From the NCBI GenBank assembly GCA_002633005.1, contig NMRA01000343.1, positions 124,001 through 188,000 of the forward strand: a DNA stretch of 64,000 bases. Reading direction: 5' to 3'. The notes beneath the pieces are model-generated. The model saw only the letters and a program-made list of their open reading frames with translations, was not told the DNA's origin and ran no database searches. Shown here piece after piece: positions 40,564 to 51,091 of the stretch. Every line of letters begins with the position of its first letter. The stretch's first letter is position 1. This DNA comes from Phoronis australis. Taxonomy: Eukaryota; Animalia; Phoronida. Made by a program: the position numbers and the translations under genes.

Positions 40564-40915
40564 CCTATAGAAAATTCTTGCATAACTCAGTGCCACCTCT
40601 CTCAGATTTGCTACACCAGGGGTGTGCCTATCCTCCGAGGGATCTCTATTTAACTGTCACTCTAGCGACGTAGAATCTCAGCTGGTGATTAACTATCTTA
40701 TAGAAAATTCTTGCATAACCGTCACCCCTCTCAGATTTGCTACACCAGGGGTGTGCCTATCCTCCGAGGGATCGCTATTTAACTGTCACTCTCAGGGGCT
40801 AGGGATGTGGAAGCTCAGTTGGCGACCAACCATCCTATAGAAAATTCTTGCATAACTGCCACCCCTCTCGGACTTGCTGCCCCAGGGCGTGCCCATCCTC
40901 CGAGGAATCTCTACT
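40564..40915. repeat. Tandem repeat, about 2.6 units of ~130-140 bp
   Basis: TATAGAAAATTCTTGCATAAC...CTCTCAGATTTGCTACACCAGGGGTGTGCCTATCCTCCGAGG occurs three times. Confidence 0.85.
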
Positions 40916-42197
40916 ATTACAGAAGTATGTACATCCCCTGGGAATATTTTAAGACATGCTTGCATGCACGTGGAAAGCAGTGCCTCATTATATTACAAGT
41001 GTACTTTTTAATGGTAGTAATTTTGCGTCAGATTTTATGTGATAAGTTTTTATCCACGTTGGCTCAACGGCTGTATATTTTATATATAGTATACAGCTTT
41101 GCACCAAGGCAACGCTACGTAGTCGGGGGCCCCTGTCTGGCCTGATGCAGAACGGCGTCGTTCGATCCACTAAAAGTCAACACTACACGGCAGTAAACTT
41201 GAATTAACTTTTGAGAGCCGAGATCGCAGACGAGTTAAACACAGTTTTGTAACCGAGGGGCATTCACCCCGGCAATTGAGCTATATACGTAATAAGCTAG
41301 CTAAAAGGAGAATGCCACCCGATTTAATTAATCTTTTTTACCGTCTTAATCGGTCTATATCTACATTGCCTGACGAGTTATACACGCCGAGAGCCATTCA
41401 ACCAATGAGCTATATACATAAAAAGCTTCATTTATCTCATTGCCTTCACCCACGGTAAAGCCTCAGTGACATCAGACGCGCGTTAATCAATAGGAATTAA
41501 CATTGGAAAAACTCTTTTTTAAATAAATGTGAAAGAATGACAAAGATATGATTTCTGTTATTAGACTTTATTTATAAACTAAATTACATTTAAATGTTTG
41601 TTTTTGTGCTTCAGGAACCTTTTAATGCTACACCAGCTCGGTTGGGTATATATCCAATCGGTTTCGAGTGTGAGATTCTATGTTTTGCGTATAGGTCAGA
41701 TGCACAATTCAGTTGTACAGCTTTGATATTTTGGTTACTATGCACTTTAGTTTTTCTGCGAAAGTTTTGAGTCACAAAACAAAGAGCTCGTAAGCAAGCA
41801 GTGCAAATCTACAAAATTTCCAATTTCAACTTCGACATAGCACAGATTTTGCAGGGGTTGTTTGTTTTGATACAACAGAAAATATCTGATTTTGGAATAC
41901 ATATTAAGAAATGAGTTTTTAAAGCAGTGTATATTTCAATAGAGAATACACTATTCACTTAGATGTGCTGATTTCGATGGCTGGCGAGCAAGTTCGAGGA
42001 TGTAGTTTTTCAGTACAAGTAAAAACACATGATGGTCATTAATACCAAATATTTACTTATGTACAGTTAATAGCATCAACAATGGATAACAGCATATGCT
42101 GGTTAATAATTTTCTTTTTAATTGATCTTTTATGGTCTCAATCCCAAAGACTGATGTGGAAACAATGCATGGTCGCTCCGCTTAAATTATGTTGGCA

Positions 42198-43132
42198 CAG
42201 TGGCGGATCTAGGATATCGCAAGGGGGGGCAACATTTTGTCCGGCTGTAAGCATTTGCGCAAACCGCGATTGTAGATGCGCATAGCACCGAATGGGGGGA
42301 GGTGGGGAGGGGGGTTTGCCCCCATCCCGCCTAGGAATTTTTTCTGTTTTTTCCTCTAAAAATCAAGCATTTTCCTTGATTCCTGAAGTATTATCCAAGA
42401 AAAAAGGCAAAATAAAAACGTAGAACGTGTCAAACAGGAAAACTGCAAGATACCAGAGAATCGAACTTACAACATGGTGATCAGGGCGCGCATGCTTTAC
42501 CGCTACACCACCACGACTAACTACTGATTGTATTCTAAGAGACCTAATTGTTTTTGGTCCACAGCGTTTGCGCGCGAAACCTACTTCTTTTTGTAATGCT
42601 TATTACACGTTTTATATTTTGTGCAATCGGTTCTTAACAAATTTGTTGTATTTAAAATAGTCTTCAATTGCCCAAAAGACCAAATCCGTTTTTTGTGTTG
42701 GCAATAATGACGCGATTGCTTTGGAAATCGTCTAAGGTTTGACAAAGAGAGAATTATGAGTTTCTGAGTGATTCACTAAAGCTTCGATTAAAATTCACAT
42801 CTTACCAGCAACTTCTGTTTTTTCATCGTCCCTCAGGTTCCATTTTCTTTAAAAAATGAAGTAAATTTTCTTCATTGCACAGTGGAGCAGATGACGGAAA
42901 CGGAGTCGTAGTGAGTAGCGCCACTGTCGGTCGCCTGGGATATCGCGGGAGAGCCTATACTTAGCCATAGTTCCGTTACGAATAAGCCGTGTTCCGAATT
43001 TGACACCTGAAATTGGATCTGAGCCCCCCCCAAAAAAACACTGAAACTGCACACATTTATATCTTGTTTCAGNGCCAAGGGGGGGAGGGGTAGGGGCGGG
43101 CCCCTCTGGTCCCCCCGCTAAATCCGCCTATT
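42198..43132. mobile_element. Non-autonomous TIR element, family A copy 3
   Basis: Same termini and body; TSD TGGCA on both sides. Confidence 0.85.
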
Positions 43133-43502
43133 TGGCAGAACATAAAAACCTAGTGGCAGCACCACTTATCTCCATGGCTCAATGGCAGGACCCAAAAATT
43201 AACTCTTTGTTTGCAGGCATAACACTGCAAGCCCCCGCATTTCCTGACTGATGCCGTAGGGCTCCCAGTGTTTTTCGCCATTTCTGTCACGTAACACTCG
43301 CCAATATGGCGTCACATAGACAACGCCAGCTTCGTGTATCTAAGTCGCGCGCGCCCGGTCTGTATTATTAAGACGTCTATGGGTCGACCAGTATCGTACT
43401 TATCGCTTTATTACGTGTGGATTTCCTGCATGTTGTAGGCCTTCAGTTCCGCACGGACGGTTGGGTCAAAAGTGTCATCACTCAAACAAGTTAACAACCT
43501 CC

Positions 43503-43566
43503 ATGGCCCAAAAACAAGTGTCGACACCGCCAGTCGACCAAGGCTGGGCATGGATGATCGTCTTGG
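43503..43566 (+). CDS. SLC16/MCT copy B, coding exon 1
   Basis: MAQKQVSTPPVDQGWAWMIVLG; G|GTAAG donor. Confidence 0.9.
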
Positions 43567-44206
43567 GTAAGAAATAATGGAGTCAGTATGGGTTGTCGAT
43601 ACCGTATTTCACATGACGTACGCTTCGGCTAAATAGACTACTTGTAATGGATTGCAAAAAACACCACTGTAACGTATCATAAGATTTACCAATCTAGATC
43701 ACTTGACACCCTGCGCTCTTGCTTCCTGCTTGTCAATTTCAAAATACGGCTTGCTATTCAGGGATTTTACGTACCATTTAGTTGTTAGTAAAATGGAATG
43801 CTTGGTGCACAAGTCAGAACAATGAATCAAACTCATGCAGGTGCATGAGACATCAAATCGATAACATTTGCACTAGACACAAGTTTTAGTCTCCTGGCGG
43901 ATCTAGGATACCACGGATGACCGAGGTTACAGTTAGTAAAGCCAGTCGCGACAGTCCTAAAATGCCCAAAAATGCGATGCTGAAGGCGCCCGTTAGGCTG
44001 TTTCAGTAGGATGGTGTCGTTTTTATTCGTGTCTGTATTTAGCGGGGAGGGCCACACAATTACCATACGCTGAAATATAGAAGGAAATCACTCGTATCCG
44101 GCTCCACAGGAGTAACTACATTTTAGGCTCGTAATGACTGCACCGTGCAGCACAATTATAGTAAAAGTCGAGTTGACCGCCTGAACTTTGTTCGCACTAT
44201 CTAAAT

Positions 44207-45123
44207 TACCCTTGAACTTGCACCGATGTGGGTAAAAAGTTGTAAGATAAACACTGATACAAAATTAGTGTCATTAAAAACTACAATCTTCCTTGAGTAA
44301 ACTAAATCATTTAACGGCGTTGGAAAAAATGGCGTTCTACCGTTATTCTGCTGCTAAAGTTGTGGAGCAATCTTCTTCGTCGGCTTTCGGCGCCATGAAA
44401 TAATGCGTCACCTATTGGCCAGTTTCTTTTTTTCGCCGATTCTTTAAATCAACTGTTAACCTTTAACGAGGTTGCGTACACGTCACAACAAATTATTGGA
44501 ACTATATATAGTTTCACTTCATTATAAGTTCTCAGAATTTCGATACCGAAAATGCAAATTTCAGAACAAATTTTGCTGCTGCGAAGTTGTCACAAAACTT
44601 TAGGAAATGGCGCGTGCGCGTGACACGAGCGTACTGTTTTCACAACTGCAATATACTTTTCTTTGTTAAATAACGTAGAAAATAAATCTGAAACTAAATA
44701 AGGCGATCCAGATCCCCCCAAGGATACTATTGTTTCACGAAATGTAGAATATAAATAGGTAAATAAAACAACAAGAATGGATCAACTGAAATTTTCGGAT
44801 GTAATTTCAGTTGATCCATTCTTGTTGTTTTATTTACCTATTTCTTTGTTACAAAAGGTCGAGAATGACGCAAGAAAATGACGTTTGTTGCATTGTTTTT
44901 TTTTTCACTTAAACGGTTGTAACGGGCAAGGTGTCGTTTGATTCCCAGATTTTGCATGCACTCCGTGCGGTCTTTAGCTCTACATTTTGATACAAGTCTC
45001 ACGGCGAGGTGACGAGCTGAACTACACTGGCTGTGTGCAATTTCGGAGTCTACGGAAGAAATACACACAATGGTACCTAGCTGTATTTTGACGATAGTCT
45101 TCATACAGCTAACTGGCTGGCTA
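44207..45123. mobile_element. Insertion in MCT-B intron 1 with 9-bp TSD, itself interrupted by a Penelope-like fragment (44669-44840)
   Basis: Absent in copy A (~29876); flanked by TATCTAAAT twice. Body is similar in reverse to ~39200-39900. Nested piece flanked by the 11-bp TSD TTTCTTTGTTA. Confidence 0.65.
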
Positions 45124-45607
45124 TATCTAAATGTTCCCGGTGGCACCGAGCTGACTAATTTCAGTTTGTCAAAAGAGCCTGAATGATCACACACTCTGGC
45201 GTTACGTCCCCGTTGAGGAGGCGCTCAAGGCATATCTTCACCGAACGTGAACACGATTGTTTATTATCCTTTCGCAAAGTCCCTGTCACCCGGGATTTAA
45301 TTTCACGTCCATGCGGTTCAGTACTAAACTTTCTCTGCTATGGAAAATCGCGCTCGATTTTCGTCACATACATGAATCATCTCATCGCAAACATACGGAC
45401 ATTCTGTACAGCGCATCAGTGACTGGGGATAACATAGCATAGTACATGGTCATCAATGCATTTGAAATCGAGACTCACGAACACCTTGCCATCCATATCT
45501 TGGGTGCTAAGTACTACAGCATACCAAAAATGAGATACAGTAATTATGCCTTGGCTGAATACCCCCGGAGATGTTGTCATGACAACCACCTTTCTCTCAC
45601 ACTCCAG

Positions 45608-45751
45608 GCACTATGGGTCACATGCTGATGATACAGACCATGCTGAGATCTACGGCCATCTTGTTTGTGGAAATCATGCGCAAATACGAGGCTTCCACTG
45701 GGTCGACATCGCTCATACCGGCGCTTCAAATTTTTGTTCAGTTCCTTCTCA
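45608..45751 (+). CDS. SLC16/MCT copy B, coding exon 2
   Basis: 144 nt, near-identical to 30293-30436, canonical splice sites. Confidence 0.85.
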
Positions 45752-46251
45752 GTAAGATATCGTCCACCGATTATTGACACTTTCAAAAGAGCACAACAAA
45801 CGTAAGCCGGTGTTAATTTTATGAAAATTCATGTCAGCAAAAACTATTTGCCGGCAGGGAGTAGAAAAACCAACGCTTTTGAAAATAGTCATTAAAAGGC
45901 GGGGATCATCAAATAGTGTGCGTTTTGCATGCTTTCGAAAATATCAATAATTATGGACGATGTATACATGGTAAGTAGATTAATAACTTCAATGGATTTT
46001 TTTCAAATGTTGAAAACTGTAAAACATTAAATAATGCGGTGAGTTTTTATCTTGCATCGAGTCGAGGTTGCTCCCACTGATTTGACTCTTAACAGAACGA
46101 CAGTTCAAGTGTAGAAAAAATAATAAGACTACAAAACAGTTTGATTGACTTTCGGACTGCTGAGAACAAATGATCTGCATCTCAACGTTTCGTCTGTAAT
46201 CACCAGATATATGCACGATAAGTTATGACTGCAATCGTTTTACATTTGTAG

Positions 46252-46395
46252 GTCCCTTTACTAACGTACTCAGTGTCAGATTTGGTAGCCGTCCTGTTGC
46301 TATGTTGGGCGGACTATTCACGTTTGTGGGCTGCATAGCCAGCGCATTCGCGACTAATGTGTGGCAGCTTTACATTTCGTTTGGAATCATGATAG
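46252..46395 (+). CDS. SLC16/MCT copy B, coding exon 3
   Basis: 144 nt, RFGSRPVAMLGG motif, canonical splice sites. Confidence 0.92.
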
Positions 46396-47409
46396 GTGAG
46401 TAATTCTAAGAAAAAAAACCCACAAACAGCGAGGAAGCGGGGTTTCGCAATAATCTACAGCGGGACAGAAAGAAACTGGGAACGGCGAGGGAAGGCAGGG
46501 ACGGCAGGGGCTTATGGAAGAAAAGAATGTGAATTTGTGAGGATAGGGGGAGAGGAAAAGTAGTGACGATCGGGAAGTCAAGAGTTACGCGAAGATGAGA
46601 TTGCTTATTCTCCCAATAAAGTTCACTTTGTTACGCGCTTGTACATTGAAGATCAAATGTTGACCTTACGCTGGTCTTGCTTACGGCAGACGTAGGATTG
46701 ATCTGCTTTTGTGAAGGCCTGGAGAGTTTTTTAAGTTCCAAAATTAATAAAAACAGACACAATTCTTTACTGCTTGAACGCCAAACATCGCATGACTATG
46801 GACATTTTAGCAGTATGCTCCGTGGTATACACTGAGTTTTTGGCTACTACAACAGGCTTGATTTATGCAACTTAAGTAATAAAACAGCCATCGGCAGGTT
46901 CTTACTCAGACCACAAGTGACTCCTGGGCTCATGGAAGAACCGACAGTGAGTCATTGCTCTAGACCATCATGCTCAATAACTTGACCCAGCATGTCATTT
47001 TACTTGTATGTGCAACTCAGAACTGAAAAGGCCGGTTTATGTCTTTTTCTTAGTTCCTCAGCCTCACGCAGATAGTGCAGAATGTACGAAGCATCCCCTA
47101 TCGTTCACCAACAATGGAATTCAAAATCCATTCCGATTCTATACCGGCACTGAATAGATTTTGATATCTCGTCTCATGTTGGATATGATAACCGGGCGTC
47201 AGTACCTGAATTTGCAGAGATAAGACAAATCAATCGTCAATATTTTGTTTTTACGTACTGCGGCTCAGAATGAATGCAATCTGGAAATGTAGCCGGAATT
47301 GGAAGGCTACTGATGAAATTGCGAATGGTGTTTGACTTTTGAAAAAACAGAAAGTTCATGTTTCAGGGAAAATATCTGTTCGATAAACCGAAATTCGCTT
47401 TAATTTCAG

Positions 47410-48618
47410 GTTTTGGATTCAGTTGCACCTTTGCGCCATCCTTTGTATTGATTGCCCAGTATTTCGATAAGCGGAGGGCCATGGCCAACGGGCTCGCGGG
47501 GGTTGGTGCCGCCGTAGGAATGTTCACGGCCCCTTTGGTGACGCGAGCAGCCCTCGATAACTACGGCGTTCAAGGAAGTCTACTCATCTTGGCAGCAATA
47601 CAGTCAAATATCTTTGTCTTCGCCAGTCTTTTCAGACCACCCTCTTTTTATACTAGAAGTAAAAGTTTGTATGAAGACCTATCGGGTACTCCCAAAGACG
47701 ATCATACTAATGGGCTGGCACACACCCATACAGTTCAAACCCAAGATAAATGGACACGACAGCGCTCTAATACAATGCCTGAAAAGGACCGAAATGCCTT
47801 AGAAACTAAAAAGAACGGAAAAATAGCTGATAAGGAATACCTCACAGCTCAAAATTTATTGCCGAAAGCCATTTTCAGGTCTTGGCAAAATGGCGTCGAC
47901 GGAAACATTCACAGTGAAGCACATGACCACGTTAACAGACACAATCCTTTGTCGTCATTCACTTCATCGTTAGCTTTGAGTGTGGGAGATCTCTTCTCGT
48001 CATCTCTGCAAAACTATCAAGATATGGCAGACGACAAGGCCGACGACAAGGCCAACGACAATGAAAATCAGACGCATGGATGTTGCAGAGGAGTTTTTGT
48101 AGTGAAAAAGCGGGATCAGGTATCGGGAAAGTTGAGCAAAGGAATTCCTCTCTTCCAGTGGAATTTGTTAAAAGATACAACCTTTGTCCTATATCTGTTC
48201 GTCGATTTTTTTTCCGTCGCCGCTGTTCCACTGGGACCAACTTTCATGGCGGCCTATAGCGAACAAGCAGGATTGCCGCCAAATCAAGTTGCGCTCATTT
48301 TATCAATATCCGGTGTGCCAGAATTTTTCATACGTACTCTCGTCGGAGCCTTAATAGACTGCAGGTTTTGCTCAGTTTTATACTTTAAATTATTCACGGT
48401 AATAGCAATGACAATCGAGTGTTTTTCGTGGTCATTCTGTAAACAGTTTGAAAGTATTCTTACAGTGGCCCTCCTAACGACGGTTGTCAACGGTTGCCAT
48501 TTATTCTTAATACCCGTGGTGCTGCTTGAACTGTTGGGGACCGACGCACTCTCTACTGCAATGGGCTTAAGTATGCTGGTACAGGCCGTAAACAATGGGT
48601 TCTCTCCGTTACTGGCAG
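47410..48618 (+). CDS. SLC16/MCT copy B, coding exon 4
   Basis: 1209 nt open, QYFDKRRAMANG signature, only in-frame indels relative to copy A, canonical splice sites. Confidence 0.95.
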
Positions 48619-49162
48619 GTAAGATGGCCGCTAAAGCAGGGAATATAGCCTCTGCGACAGAGCCATCTGTATATCAGACTGGCCATGTGAAAGGGTCATG
48701 AATGACACGTAGAAAACCGTACGTCAGTATCGGAGCGCGTCTTTTGTTTAGACAATTGTCGTACATATGGTACCAAATTAGCCAAAAAAGGTATAGTAAA
48801 TCGTTCTGTGTGTCCCAAAAGTACAAAGAAACAACTTGCGTGGGAGATATTGATTTATAGTCGGTTCTTAATTGTGATTGTAGTAGCCGCAAGCCACAAA
48901 GTTGCATTTGCAGTTGAAGGAGCAGCACAGTGCTGCATTTCTTAATATTAGCTAATCTGAATGTTTGAATGTTATTTTCCAAATTGGATAATAACGCTAC
49001 ACGATTTGAAGTCCGGAGCTACCGACATTTCCTGACTGCTCTATTCCGTCCGTAATGCACACAATAGCCTGGGGGTAAATATGATATGGTCAGACCTGAA
49101 TCCATCAAAAGAAAATAGCTGAATAATTTAGTTTTCACATATCTCCATCTGTTTTCTTTCAG

Positions 49163-49278
49163 GGCACCTGCGAGATTTAAGTCATGGGTGGTTTTGGCCC
49201 TTTGCGCTAGGTGGGGCTGGCGCTCTTGTGTCCTGTGGCTTCCTATTGACATTAATAGCGAGGCAGAAACGAAAATAA
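49163..49278 (+). CDS. SLC16/MCT copy B, terminal exon (protein 558 aa, shortened tail)
   Basis: GHLRDLSHGWFWPFALGGAGALVSCGFLLTLIARQKRK*; TTTCAG acceptor. Confidence 0.85.
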
Positions 49279-51091
49279 CCGAGAAAAAATGATTGTGGAA
49301 ATAGTTATGCACGAGACTGTAACATAATGCCTAGACATATACGATGTCTATAATTCAATTTCTTCGTCAACTTATCTCACAAGGACAAGGAAAAGAGGAA
49401 AAGGCCGCTGTTTGAAGGAGACAACATTTAGTTTTTGAGTAACTTTTTTGGCAACATAAAAGTCAAATAGATGTTGCAATGCCGTCAGTTACCGACGAAT
49501 AAAAATATAAAATAGTAAAATTCTCCATTTTCGCACCTCTGGCCAGTAACACCCGCCGATACCGCAGTCCCTATGAAAACCTGGTGTGGTGCAAGGGAGA
49601 CAAAATCTTACTCGGAACTATGTTATAACAGCACTTGATATTTTTGCTATCACGTGCATATTGATTCCATGTTAAAGGTTTGTTATAAAGTATCACCAAG
49701 AAAACAAAATATGTTATTTCTTGTGAAGTTGCTTTAACTAACAGCTATTTTTGAAGCATTGCTAGTCATGTGAGGTGCCAGCTGATCGCAAGAAGTTGGC
49801 TCCACTGAGTTGCACAGCCGTCGATCATCCAGGACAGCTTAATGTGCAGTGGTCGATCAGCTCGTAAACACCGGGTGACATCCAGCTTTCGAAATACACG
49901 CTGGCCAGGGGCCAGTGGATTTGCGGCCGGGTCAATCCCATTTAAAAGTTACTTGCCCGGTGGGCCACTGACTTTCAAATATAGCTAGGCCCTATGTGGG
50001 CGTGGTCTCATATTAAATTGATTTAAAAACTTCTTTTGACTAATTTTGTTAGCCTCTCACCTCGAGAACCTTGTGGGCAATAAATCCTCACCTAGAGTTA
50101 ATTGTAAAACACATAGGGTTATCTCCTGCTTTTAACATCTTAGCTGCGTTTTTGTCCATTTACACTAAATGGACAAAAACGCAGCTATAAGATGTTAAAA
50201 GCAGGACCAGCAACTTCGCAGCTGGGCCAGAAACTTTTCAGACTAATTGACCCGATTGGCCAGCACATCTGTATGCTGAAGTTCCAACACAGATGGACCT
50301 CTAAACTTATTTATACTTTATTTGGTCTCAGATGGCCAGATTTAAACTTCAGCGTGCCTTGAAAATGTTTTGCGCAAGATTTATTGATTTGATTATTTAT
50401 TCGATCATTTTCAATCTTCTATTTTCATATTACGGTTGCTTAGTCGTAAAGGCGCCAAAAACGTTTTGCAGTAGGCCATGCTTTCAATTTTGGTGTGCTC
50501 AAGTGACAAGGGTTGTTTTCAATGCGTGACTGCAATGTCAGAGAAGATGAAAAATTTACCATGTGTTATACAAGACAGACTATTTGTTAATTAAATAGAT
50601 CTTTCTTAATGCGCATTGTTACAGCCACATTGCGTGCCAAATAAATGAAGAATGGCCCTATAATAAATTGGAATATTGAAAACCTAGAAGATGAATCTCT
50701 TAAGACCAGCATACCAACTGACTAGCAATGGGCTGTATAGCTGTCATGTGCACTCTTCAGTGAATCACACCCCACGTTATTTCCAAGGCAACCAATAGGG
50801 TCAAATATTGAGTTAAATGTGTGTATAGCAGTACACTTGTTTCTGTAACAGCTGTGTGATGATGAACACATCAAAGACTGCATTTGTCTATGGTGGTATT
50901 GTATTTTGTCACCAGTTGTCATTTTTCCCTCAAGTAGGTTATGTTGTCGGTGGCTTGACCCCTACCTGCATACGAAGGTCACAAGTTTTTTTGAATATAC
51001 AATATTGTAAAGATGGAAAAAGTCGGTAAGTATGACAATAAGTAAAACCGGTGGTCTACCCATAACATCACAAACTTAGCATTTTTCAAAA

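Larger units (their letters stand above)
34705..49802 (+). repeat. Second unit of a tandem segmental duplication (copy of ~13625-34690 with internal deletions and insertions)
   Basis: Colinear blocks: 34705-34755~13625-13675; 34757-35750~14157-15085; 35750-36240~24415-24920; 36950-38570~25860-28015; 43400-49802~29070-34690. Confidence 0.8.

Noticed and set aside
40564-40915. CRISPR-like repeat array
   Set aside because: Eukaryotic context, long diverged units without unique spacers, no cas genes.
29176-49278. MCT copies A and B as uncollapsed haplotypes
   Set aside because: Introns are clearly diverged with several copy-specific insertions, and the junction at ~34690 is N-free and chimeric. 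Not fully excluded without read depth.
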